A stretch of 64,000 nucleotides of DNA, taken from assembly GCF_006345805.1 (NCBI RefSeq), contig NC_043012.1, forward strand, positions 30,752,001 through 30,816,000. Direction: 5' to 3'. A program made the translations under genes and the position numbers. A model generated the notes under the pieces. It was not told the DNA's origin and ran no database searches. It saw only the letters and a list, made by a program, of their open reading frames with translations. Below are positions 12,535 through 24,135 of this stretch, piece by piece; position 1 is the first letter of the stretch, and the number at the start of each line of letters is the position of its first letter. This DNA comes from Octopus sinensis (taxonomy: Eukaryota).

Positions 12535-12945
12535 TCTCTACTACCCACAAGGCGCTAAGTATAGAGGGGACAAACAAGGACAGACAAACGGATTAAGTCG
12601 ATTACATCGACCCCAGTGCGTAACTGGTACTGAATTTATCGACCTCGGAAGGATGACTGGCAAAGTCGACCTCGGCGGGATTTGAAGTCAGACCGTAAAG
12701 ACAGACGAAATACCTATTTCTTTACTACCCACAAGGGGCTAAACACAGAGGGGACAAACAAGGACAGACAAACGGATTAAGTCGATTACATTAACCCCAG
12801 TGCGTAACTGGTACTTAATTTATCGACCCCGAAAGGATGAAAGGCAAAGTCGATCTCGGCGGAATTTGAACTCAGAACGTAACGGCAGACAAAATGCCGC
12901 TAAGCATTTCGCCCGGCGTGCTAACGATTCTGCCAGCTCGCCTCC
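12535..12945 (-). mobile_element. SINE family B, head-to-tail partial dimer
   Basis: Two consecutive copies of ctacccacaagg...gtcgattacat..gaccccagtgcgtaactggtact..tttatcgacc..aaggatga..ggcaaagtcga..tcggcgg..atttgaa; the second copy reaches the head (ctgccagctcgcc). Confidence 0.9.
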
Positions 12946-13205
12946 ATCACCTATTCTTATCAATATATATGTTATTATCAATGTACAATGCATTACCTGC
13001 AGCATGTTCGCTGTATTTCTGTGTTGACTCTTACATTTTTATGTAGATTCATCAATGTTGAAGTATTTCCATGAGTATTTACAGATGTTAGCATTTATAC
13101 ACTAATGATATTACATATATATACGCTTTGTTACATTTAATCTTCAACATTTATGTGTGTGTTCGCGTGTATAGATATGTATGTGTATATATATATATGT
13201 ATAAA

Positions 13206-13889
13206 ATAACAAAATAATATATAAAACATATGCATATATACATACATATATGTACATACCTACATATATATATGTATATATACATGCATATATGGGTACA
13301 GGACACCAAAAAAAACGTTGAACACAATGAGAAACGAAAACATGGAAACGGACTTATTTTTAAACAACGATAAAACAGAGTATAAGACATACAACACAAG
13401 GAATATTCCCCTTCTTCAGTTGTCCCTGTTTCATCTACTCCGCGTTTCGAAGGATAAGAACAAGACGCGACTTAGTTGAAACAATCCTTCCCGCAAAGCA
13501 AAATAAATAAAATTTGGGATTTTTTGCGATTTTTGGGGGGATTTTTCTGTTTTATTTAATAATAAATTTTATTTAATTTGCTTTGCGGGAAGGACTATTT
13601 CAATGAAGTCGCGTCTTGTCCTTATCATTCGAAACGTGGAGTAGCCGAAACAGGGACAAGTGAAGGAAGGGAATATTCCTTGTGTTGTATGTCTTGTACT
13701 CTGTTTTTTCGTTGTTTAAAAAAAAAGTTCGTTTCCATATTTTTGTTTTTATGTTTTCGTTTCTCATTGTGTTCAACGCTTTTTTGATACCCTGTACCCA
13801 TATATGCATATATATATATACATATATATATGTAGGTATGTACATATATGTATGTATATATGCATATGTTTATATATTATTTTGTTATC
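13206..13889. mobile_element. Foldback element: two ~310-bp inverted arms with ~48-nt spacer
   Basis: 13206-13515 is the reverse complement of 13564-13889 (about 90% by eye); diverged single-arm relatives near 61260-61560 and 62230-62530. Confidence 0.88.
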
Positions 13890-13957
13890 ATATGATCGAA
13901 CGCCACACATCCACTTCCAAGTAAGTATATATATATATATATATATACATATACATA

Positions 13958-14292
13958 GGCGCAGGAGTGGCTGTGTGGTAAGTAGCTTGCTTACCAACCA
14001 CATGGCTCCGGGTTCAGTCCCACTGCGTGACACCTTGGGCAAGTGTCTTCTACTATAGCCTCGGGCCGGCCAAACCCTTGTGAGTGGATTTGGTAGACGG
14101 AAACTGATAGAAGCCCGTCGCATATATATATATATGTGTGTGTGTGTGTGTATGTGTGTGTGTGTGTATGTGTGTGCGCATGTTTTTCTCCCACCCCCTA
14201 CATCGCTTGACAACCGATGCTGGTGTGTTTACGTCCCCGTAACGTAGCCGTTCGGCAAAACAGACCGATAGAATAAGTACTAAGCTTACAAA
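13958..14292 (+). mobile_element. SINE family A, near full length
   Basis: tRNA-like head (ggagtggctgtgtggtaag...gggttcagtccc), body, internal TA/TG microsatellite, tail aataagtactaagcttaca. Confidence 0.92.
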
Positions 14293-14489
14293 CACAGAAA
14301 TATATCAGCCGCAGACAAACTTCGTCGAGCAGAGCCGGTGGAATTGCCATCCCTGCTATTCTACTTTTTTCTTTTGTTTGTTTTCTTTTAACATTGTACG
14401 TCTAAATGAGATGCTTTCTCGAGACGAATACCACAGTCTAGAAGGCGTTCAGTGATGTATCTGCTTTAAGTATGATATACAGATTGCTT

Positions 14490-14606
<117 letters not shown>

Positions 14607-14838
14607 ACGGAATTTTTTAGAAATTTCGTTCGACCTTTTTTGTGTAGCGTGCGTATTGTGAAAAAATTATAATGGTTATGGACAATATGTCTAATTTCGG
14701 CATATTTGGCATTAGACGTTTTTTCGTTTGCCCTCATTTATAAGTTGTTTATAAATTTAACCTTTAAAGGTATTTTTTAATATGCTGGCCATTGATAAAA
14801 ATTTTTTTCGAAAAAATTTTATCCTACATTAAATATGT

Positions 14839-14876
<38 letters not shown>

Positions 14877-15078
14877 ATAATATATATATATATATGTATA
14901 TTCGTAAATTTCACATATATTACATATTTTCTTTCCTGTCGTCACTTGAAAACGATCCCCCCTCTACCTCACACTATAAAAGTTTATATAGTCGTATATA
15001 GTTATATTTAAACATACTCGGTCATATGTATATACATTTACATGTACTGTTTCAAGTTGAATGTCAAAATACTTGCAT

Positions 15079-15480
15079 GAGGGGTAGGGTTTCTCTGAGG
15101 ATCTGCTCTTCAGCTCCCCTTAGAGTTTCTCACTACCTATAGCAGTAATCTGCTGCTTTATATATTAACACACTTGCACATAAGTATACTTTTACTTCTA
15201 CTGACTCAAAGATATAAGAATACATGCTTTTATATATGTTTTTACACTTGTACTTATCGCTCAAATGTAATTTTCTAAACCACTAACTTTCCTCAATTAT
15301 TTCCCATAACGTAATCCTCGGAATTTCACACCTCCGCTGGGCAATAATTTCCGAGCTTAAAACTTTCTATTTTCCTTTGTTTCTCTCACACTAAATTAAG
15401 TGCTTATCCTCTTTAGTTTAAAAGGAATTACTTCAGTAAGTTTTAGTTGAAGGTTACTATCATAACGACCTCCACTCTAG
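15079..15480 (-). mobile_element. Penelope-like element 3' remnant (end of EN domain, tail and HHR-like core)
   Basis: Minus translation WEIIEES*...LHLSDKY resembles PLE KW.I.....C.LCL.EK; downstream aggggag-CTGAAGA-13nt-GAAA-ccc-TA-cccctc. Confidence 0.45.
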
Positions 15481-15800
15481 CTTAGTTACTATTTACATTC
15501 GAACGAATGTAGACCAAGGAAAGTAACTTGTTTTCCTCTGAGAACAGTTTTTACAACATCGTAAAATTCACGTCTTTTTTCTACTTTCATTAATACATAA
15601 AGTGTGTATAATGTAGATAAATCTATCGTTAGTAACTTGAATGCTTTAGCCGTGGAGATTGTAGACGATATGAAAACATGTTAAGATTCTCTAAGAATAA
15701 ATATACTGCAATTTGATACAGTCAAGGAATTCAATTACATAACTATAGTTTTATGTCCATCAAATCTGATTTAATTAATCTAATATACGCTGCCGCTGTA

Positions 15801-16099
15801 TTTCATATGAGTAACTCGGGCTCCGTCGGTTACGACGACGAGTGTTCCAGTTAATAAGCTCAACAGAACAGCCTAATTGTGAAATTAACGTGCAAGTAGC
15901 CTAGCACTCCACGGACATGCGTATCTCAGGTGAGATCCAGCAGGGAGACATACGATGTGACAAAACTGGTTTCATTTTTACCAGCAGATGGGTCTGGGGC
16001 AACAAGAAATAAAGTGTCTTTCTCAAGGACAAAACACACTCTCTGGGATCGAACTCAGGACCGTGAGTAGAATGCCCTAACCACTAAGCCACGCACCTT
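15801..16099 (-). mobile_element. SINE family C (tRNA head, tail ctccgtcggttacgacgacgag)
   Basis: Reverse head gcgtggcttagtggttagggcattc...gagttcgatccc; body gtgaaattaacgtgcaagt. Confidence 0.8.
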
Positions 16100-16617
16100 C
16101 AGGTACATAAGCACACAATACTGCATACATAAGTATATGTGTTATTCAAAAGCCTGAAACTGCAGTTTCCTGTATGGGAAAAATCCTTTTCAAGACGTAT
16201 AGTGTTAAAAGATACACTACATACTTGAGAGCTCGCCTCAGAAATGACCACAAAGCGAAAAACACATATTAAATTTTATACTTTACAACAAACTTAAACT
16301 TCTCAACAGACGTTCGTTAAAAATGTATTTGTTTCAATTTAACCTCAAGTTTCTCAAATGTATTTCTCCATTTCTAATATTAGAAGTTTGAACAGTTCTT
16401 TTCTGCCCCCCACCCGCGGCCCTTAATTTTAAATGTTTAGCTATAACTTTACTAATTACTTTGTTTTTGTGAGGCATTTAAATATCGTTTATCTCCCTTC
16501 GACCGACTCTCCCGTTTATCTTTTTATTTCCCTTTTTGCATTGTTGGAAAGGGGACACACACACTGACACACACGAAGACAGACCCACATACTCTCACAC
16601 TCGTACAAAAAGGTAGG

Positions 16618-16661
<44 letters not shown>

Positions 16662-16847
16662 CGCACACTCACATACACTCACACACAACGACAAACACAA
16701 ACACACACAACCACAGACACACACTCACATACAGACAAACAAACATACACACGCACACAGAATTTCCACAACATTTCTTTTTCTCCAATACCCTGAAAGA
16801 TTCGAACTACGAAAGATGTCAGTGGCGAAGGCGGTGACGGCGGCGGC

Positions 16848-16899
<52 letters not shown>

Positions 16900-17417
16900 A
16901 TGACAGTGATGCTGATAAGGATGGTGATGATTCTTACGGTCTGCATCTTATAAAGAATCCGTCTGCAACCGATAGTTTCTTCACCTGCGACACAAGTCGG
17001 TCTGTTCGGGAGTGCCAGCGCGTGCGCACGGGTGTGTGTGTTTGTGTATGTGTTATGCATGCGTGTGTGTCTGTGTGTGCGTGTGTGCGTGTGCATGTGT
17101 GTATGTATATGCGTGCGTGTGTGTGCGTGTACGTGTGTGCGTGTGTGTGTATGTATGTGCGCGTGCCTGTGTGTCTGTGCGCGCGCGTATGTGTGTGTGC
17201 GTGCGTGTGTGTGTGTGTGCGTTTTGTTATCGAACAGATCTCCAATCACTATGCTGCCAGCCACGACCATCCACTCCTATTTCTATACACAGTGGACTCA
17301 GAATATTCTTTAATCTATCCTTCAATTTTTATGATGATGAGATGTAAATGGAAGGAGATTTTGGCTGCTATTTCGAGGAGATCCAGCAACTACATAGACG
17401 CTTTTCATTGACTTGCT

Positions 17418-17470
<53 letters not shown>

Positions 17471-17534
17471 AATGGTAAAGTTACGCGCGTATAATTTCTG
17501 TTTATCTTTATTTCTCTCTTTCTACACACACACA

Positions 17535-17568
<34 letters not shown>

Positions 17569-17749
17569 TACACTCACACACACACATACACACTCACATG
17601 AACGCACACATACTCACACAAACACATACACACACAAACACATTCACACACAAACACATTCACACACACTCACACGTTATTCGTAAGGTGCTGGTCCGCG
17701 TGTTCAGTATGTATGTGTGTAATGTGCGTACAGAAAGCGAGTGATGTAT

Positions 17750-17806
<57 letters not shown>

Positions 17807-17904
17807 CGTGCGTGTGTGTGTGTGTGTGTGTGAATATGTATTTGTAGAAGTGTATAGGTGCATATCATGTACGAATGTGTAACTTTGTGGATGGTTTGTA
17901 GGTG

Positions 17905-18210
17905 TGTGTATATAGATATGTGTGTATATAGATGTGTGTATAAATAGATGTGTGTGTATATAGATGTGTGTGTAAATAGATGTGTGTGTATATAGATGTG
18001 TGTGTATATAGATGTGTGTGTATATAGATGTGTGTGTATATAGATGTGTGTGTAAATAGATGTGTGTGTATATAGATGTGTGTGTATATAGATGTGTGTG
18101 TATATAGATGTGTGTGTATATAGATGTGTGTGTAAATAGATGTGTGTGTATATAGATGTGTGTGTATATAGATGTGTGTGTAAATAGATGTGTGTGTATA
18201 TAGATGTGTG
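17905..18210. repeat. Minisatellite, ~14-16-bp unit (TAGATGTGTGTGTATA)
   Basis: About 20 tandem units with periodic AAAT variant; gives the HTHLYTHTSIYTHIY repeat in ORF 17704..18294. Confidence 0.92.
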
Positions 18211-18634
18211 TATTAGCAAGATTGTGTACTGGTACGTATTATGTATGAATGTGTATGTAAGTTTGTGTATGTAAGTGTGTGCGTGTGTGTTCAATGTGTG
18301 TGTGTGTGTGTAATATGCATGCGTATGTGTGTCTTTTTAAAGTTGTGTCGATGTAAGCGTTATATGTCTGTGTGTAACACGTGTGTATATGTGTGTATTA
18401 TAACATGTTTGTGTGTGTGATGCTTGTATATGTGTGTACGTATAACGTGTGTGTGTGTAACTTGTGTCTCTGTGGAACATGTGTGTGTGTGTGTGCAATG
18501 TGTGTATATCTGTAACGTTTGCATATGTGTGTATGCATAACGTCAGCGTATGTGTGTATGCGTGAAGTGCTTCTATATGTATGTTGCGTTTGTGTGTGTT
18601 TCTGGTTGACGGGTGGGAAAGACAAATAGACGGG

Positions 18635-19680
18635 TGTGGCTACAGCTGTAGTAGTAGTATTAGTAGTGGTGGTGGTTGTAGTAGTAGTAGTAGCAGTAGT
18701 GGTGGTGTTGGTGGTGGTGGTGGTGGTTGTAGTAGTGGTCGTGGTGGTAGTAGTAGTAGTAGTGGTGGTAGTGGTCGTAGTGGTGGTGGTAGTGGTAGAA
18801 GTAGTAAAAGTAGTGGTGGTGGTGGTGGTGGTTGTGGTGGTGGTGGTGGTGGTGGTGGTGGTAGTAGTGTTAAATGTAGTAGTAGTAGTTGTTGTTAGGT
18901 AAGTTAAACCAAGTCGTTTACTGTTGCATAGCAACATATATGGATGCATGTATAAGGTGAGAAGCAAACAGACCTCTCTCTCTCCCTTTCTCTTTCTCTT
19001 TCTCTCTCTCTTTCTCTTTCTCTCTCTCTCTCTTTCATGTAGGTGTATAATCTAGCTGTTGTGGGTGTTGTTATTAGTGGTGGTGGAGGTGGTGGAGGAT
19101 GGTGGAAATTGTGACGATGATGATGGTGGTAGTGTGCTGATGGGGTGGGATGGTAAAGGCGGGATGGTGGTGGAGGTAGTGACGATGGTGGCAGTGGTAG
19201 TGATGGTGGTGGTAGTGGTCGTAGTGGTGGTGGTGGTGGTGTGGTGGTGGTGGTGTGGTGGTGGTGGTGGTTGTGGTGGTGGTGGTGGTGGTGGTGGTGG
19301 TGGTGGTGGTGGTGGTGGTGGTGGCGGTGGTAGTGATGGTGGTGGTAGTGTGCGGATGGGGTGCGATGGTGGTGGAGGTAGTGGTGGTGGTAGTGACGAT
19401 GGTGGCGGCGGTGGTGATGGTGTGGTTTTGGTGTGGTTTTGGTGGTGTTGGTGGTAATCCTAGTGGTTGTGGGCCTGGTGGCAGTTATGGCTTCGGTTAT
19501 AGTAGTAGTGATGCGGGTGGTGATGGAGGTAATTATAATGTTGGTGGAGTTGGTGGTGCTGCTGATTGCCGTAATTGTAGTAATGGTGGTAGTAGAGGTA
19601 GTGGTGATGTTGGTGGTAGTAGCGGCGATGGCGGCGGTTGTAGTGATGGTGTTGATGGTGGCACTATTGCTATTGTTGGT
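18635..19680. repeat. Long compound (GGT)n/(GTA)n/(CT)n low-complexity tract
   Basis: Direct reading. Confidence 0.9.
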
Positions 19681-20989
19681 TAACCTCCAGGTCATCCAGC
19701 CAAAGCAAACTGACCAAACAGGTTCCATCCATGACATTCACATATTAGGCAAGATTACCCAATGAATATATTTTCCCCGTTTATAAATCTGTGTGGTGCA
19801 GTTTGGTGGAGGTTTGACTACTGTTTTTAGCAGCTAATCGTTGTTGTTTAACCCCAGGTCAGTACTAAATGTGCAGAACTATAACCAAAGACGTTCCAGA
19901 TAGATCCTCGTCGAGACTTCCACCGTCTGATCGTTGGTGTTTAAAAATGTTTATGCTATGGATCCACAACGGCCCTTCTGGGGGTAATATCATCTCCTGT
20001 AAATTGTTAGTGAACAGACGAGATACGAACCACCGAACCAGAGCACCACATATACCACGAAATATCCCAGAACATTATCACAACATTTCAAAATACAGTG
20101 GCGTATCGTGGGTTTTGGCCACCCTCTGCGCTGACCAAACTGGCCGTCCTCTTCTTCAGTTACAGCGAACATACGTATATAAACGGCAAACCAATGTGGC
20201 CCATATACACACCGCATCCCCCACACAATGCCATCGCTAGAACACTAACACCACACTTCTCAGAATACTACAGAAAAATAAGATGTGTGGGTAATGGCTG
20301 GCATGCCTTTCATGATAGATTTAGACTAAACAACAACACACTTTGAATCGCATAAACTCTCCTTTCTCAGTGAAGAAGGAAAAGAGACAAGGCAGGACGG
20401 GGCGGCGAGGAACCCATTCTGTTAAACAGTTTTCAATGTTGCAAACCAGGAGCAGAACCGGCAGAAGACAGTAACAGAAGGCTGTGGGCTGTTAAAGATT
20501 GTAGCAATTCAATCAGTCGTTCCCAAATCCTTGATGGATTTCTGATCGCATCAGCTTTTCAAGATCCAGTGGAGGCATTCACGAAGTGAAAGTATCGGGA
20601 GGTGATTATTGTCGTGATCAGTATCAGTATCCGTGCTTAAATATCCAAGATGGGTCCACTGGTGAAATAAGTCTCACTACACAGCATCTCTGGGTGTAGA
20701 TAAACTGCTGACTTCAGCATATTTCGACTGTTACACTGCATCGCGTTAAATGCTTTGTTGTATATCAGAATGTGCAGATCCAGATGGAGAGGAAGGAGTG
20801 CAACATGTCCTGACCCTCAAATTACTCCCACCCCATGTGATATACCGTTTCATGTCTGCAATATCTACAAGAAAAGAGAAATTGGACTATGCAGACAGTG
20901 CAACATGCCTTGGGTGTCACATCGCTTCATCTTATAAGATGCACCACTCTGGTGTGCGTATGTGCAGTGCGGTCCTTAAAGAGACAGGG

Positions 20990-21420
20990 TATTGTAATAG
21001 TATGTTTGTTGTGGTATTGTAGTGCTTTGATGTTTGTAATATTCTGGAAGGTTGAAGTAATGTTTCGGCGATGTGTGTTTGTTTCCTGCGGGTTTTGTAG
21101 CAATGTTCTGCCGGTGATGCAGTGGTAGTGCTTTGCAACGAACCTCGCAGCTGTTACAGCGTTATGAAGCGTTACAACATTGCTCTTGTTCTCTCTGTAA
21201 TAGTGTCTTAGAGGCGTTGTGGTGATGAGCATTGCAGTAGTGTTCTGAAGGTGTTCTACTTGTATTCTTGGGTGTAGCAATAATGTTTTGAGGAGGTGTA
21301 GTTGTACTCTGGAGGTGTTATCATTACGTTCTGGGACATTGCAATGCTCTGCGCTGCTATCATTGCTCTGAGGCAGGGATATTGTATTATATGCTGCTCT
21401 GTGGGTGTTACCGATAATGA
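20990..21420. repeat. Highly degenerate minisatellite (tgtagt/gttctg/atgtt motifs)
   Basis: Recurrent gtagtgctttg, gttctg and gcaatg words at roughly 20-30-bp spacing. Confidence 0.5.
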
Positions 21421-21777
21421 TGCCGTTCACATCGCTGTTGTTGTTGTTGCTGTTGTTGTTGTTGCTGCTGTTGTTATTGTTGCTTAACTTGCAGCTGCTG
21501 CCACTAAACTCTCTGGCAAGATCAGAACATTTCTCAGCAGATAGCCTCTGGTGAGGTTTCGTGTCACAAAGACCTTACCATCACATCTGTGTTTATGGGT
21601 TCGGGTGCGCGCGCTCGAGTATGTGCGGATTCATATATGTGTGTGCGCGCGCGCGTGTGTATGTGTGTGTGTGTATGTGCGTCGGTGAGTGAGTGTGAAT
21701 GCGTGTATGACTGTATATTGCAAGGTAGCAAATAAACACTGGAGCACTTTCACGCAATTATCTTGTGTTCAGATTCA

Positions 21778-21812
<35 letters not shown>

Positions 21813-21854
21813 AATGTGTGTGTGTGTGTGTGTTGTGTGTGTGTGTGTGTATGA

Positions 21855-21887
<33 letters not shown>

Positions 21888-21901
21888 AATGTGTGTGTGT
21901 G

Positions 21902-21937
<36 letters not shown>

Positions 21938-22023
21938 AGATTCAGATGAATATGGTACTTAAGTTGAGGCACCGGAAGTTAGTACGGTATTAGCCATACA
22001 ATTTCAAAGTAAGGGGATTAAAA

Positions 22024-22602
22024 TCAAAAGAAGCAACAAGGATATCCAGAGGTAATGCAGTGCCATCGTTTCATGCAACTCCATTTAATTGAACGATGCA
22101 ATCATTACATCAATTTAAAATGCAGAGCAATCTTCAGCTACACAAAGTCATAGAATTTCATTAAATTAGAACAGATGGACACATTAATATAATCATACCT
22201 AAAATCTCCAAGAAGTTAAGGAGATAGACAAAGAACTCGAGTTTAGAAGTTACTGTATTTTCCAAGAAGATATACATTGTTACAGACTCTACATGTCCCT
22301 TTTTGCTCTTATAGTATCAGTTTTAGTTTATAGACTAGTTTATCAAATCCCTTGTATTTCTAAGGTTGAGAGAACAGAGGGCACTATATGTTAGGAGTAG
22401 GGCTGAGGGAGCAGACAGACATCATAGTTGGTATAGTCATGAAAATCAAAATTTATTAGAAGCATTGTCATGAGGTTTGGTTAAGGAAAACTTAAAACAA
22501 GATGCTAGCTGATAATTAAGGGGGTCGCATTGTTCAATTAAATGGAGTTGCATGAAACGATCTTACTGCATTACCTCTGGATCTCCTTGTTGCTTATTTT
22601 GG
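22024..22602. repeat. ~75-bp inverted repeat pair (22024-22099 / 22527-22602) upstream of the PLE
   Basis: aagcaacaaggatatccagaggtaatgcagt..atcgtttcatgcaactccatttaattgaac.atgc versus its reverse complement. Confidence 0.85.
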
Positions 22603-22654
22603 TGTATATATATATACATCTGTATCTCTCTCTCTCTCTCTCTCTCTCTCTTTA

Positions 22655-22693
<39 letters not shown>

Positions 22694-22759
22694 CTGAAGA
22701 TGCAGGATAACGTACTTTAAGTACTAAGGGTAGGCAGTAGGCAATTACAAAGTGTCACA

Positions 22760-24050
22760 AAATAGTCTTACCATCGAGAGAAGTGTGTTCTACCTCTCGA
22801 TCTCCAAAAGCTTGCTTCTGAAGGAACTTGAATTTAGCAAAACAAACGTCACTATAATAAATAACGATCTAAACATAATTATAAGCGCAAGGAAGTAATT
22901 ACTGTTTCCTGATAATTCCTGCAGAGTAAAAAGGAATGAAGACGAGTTATTTGGCATGGCAATTGGGAGTTATGACGATGCAGAGATAGCTGACCTTCTA
23001 GGCCTTTATATTCTAGACGCCCTTATAAAAGAAATAAAAGAAGCTAACATAGGTTTATATAGGGACGATGGCTTGGGAGTAGTACACAATAAAAACGGAC
23101 ATGATATGGATAGAATAAAGAAAAAGTATGCAAAATATTTAGCCAATTAGACCTAAGAACCACAATTAGTACAAACCTTAAAGAAGCCAACTTCCTAGAC
23201 ATTAACATGAATCTTAACACAAGAAAGTTTAAACCCTACCACAACACAAAACGAGGAAGCCTCGTACATAGACATAGACAACCATCCACCAGCAGTAATT
23301 AAAAAAATGGTTAATGACATTAGCAGTCCTGTCTCCAATTTATTCACCGACAAATTCACTCTTGAAAGAGGTGCCTCATATTACAATGCTGCATTAGAAA
23401 GGCCCAACTGCAAGAATAGTTTACACTATATTGAACCAAATATAAATAGACCAAGAAGATGCAGACAGGGGAAATCTTACGGTTCAACCCACCTCATAGC
23501 ATGAATGTAGCTACTAACGTAGCTAGGAAATTCTTAAAACTAATAGACAACTACTTTCCACATTCATACAACTACCACAAGATCTTCAACACAAACACTG
23601 TTAAAGCTAGCTATAGTTGCCTACCCAATATAGGGTCAGTAATACTCAATCACAATAAACATAATCACACCAGAAACACCCCAGAAAAACAGTGTAGCTT
23701 TAGATCCACAAACCACAGTCCTCTAAACAACAACTGTCTCGAGAAAGAACTCGTATACAAGGGCAAGATCACGGACCCCCAACAGAATGGCAAAGACGTA
23801 TATCGGAATGATGGGCGACTCGTTCAAGGAGAGGTATACACAACAAAAACAAAAAGCATGAGACATCCCTATCAAATACGATATAAACATTAAAAGAAGG
23901 TAGAATAATCAACCCCAGATATAATGGAAAATTATTACTAACGCCAAAAAAATACAGAAGGCAGAGTACCAAATGTGAACTCTGTATAATTGAAACATTA
24001 AAGATTATACAATCAACAGATAACATCTTAAACATTAGGGATGAAACCCT
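22760..24050 (+). pseudogene. Penelope-like retroelement RT plus GIY-YIG endonuclease pseudogene (non-Penelope/Poseidon, Neptune/Naiad-like by recall)
   Basis: GMAIGSYDDAEIADLLGLYIL, IGLYRDDGL, NFLDINMNL, FNPPHSMNVATNVARKFLKLID, FNTNTVKASYSCLPN, CL.KELVY, YIGMTG.SFKERY, WKII...CELC; several stops and frameshifts. Confidence 0.92.
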
Positions 24051-24092
24051 CTCTCCCTACATACACTAGAAATATTTTACACTCAAATATTT

Positions 24093-24135
24093 CTAAGAAG
24101 AGCCTCTATGAATGAGGGAAACCCTACCAGGATAG
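24093..24135 (+). ncRNA. Decayed hammerhead ribozyme core downstream of the PLE ORF
   Basis: ctaagaaga-g-CCTC-tatgaat-GAGG-GAAAC; stem II is intact but the CUGA core is mutated. Confidence 0.45.

Noticed and set aside
13958-14030. tRNA gene-like sequences at SINE heads (also 43094, 10048, 16040-16099)
   Set aside because: They have A/B-box-like motifs but continue into SINE bodies and do not form a full cloverleaf
17236-17411. Plus-strand exon candidate between GT repeats
   Set aside because: All three frames are partly open, there is no convincing donor and no recognisable protein
17905-18210. CRISPR-like regular repeat
   Set aside because: Contiguous tandem units without unique spacers in a eukaryotic context; it is a minisatellite
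22760-24050. Selenocysteine (UGA) recoding as in some Naiad PLEs
   Set aside because: The stops I noticed are TAA/TAG plus frameshifts, and no SECIS was recognised
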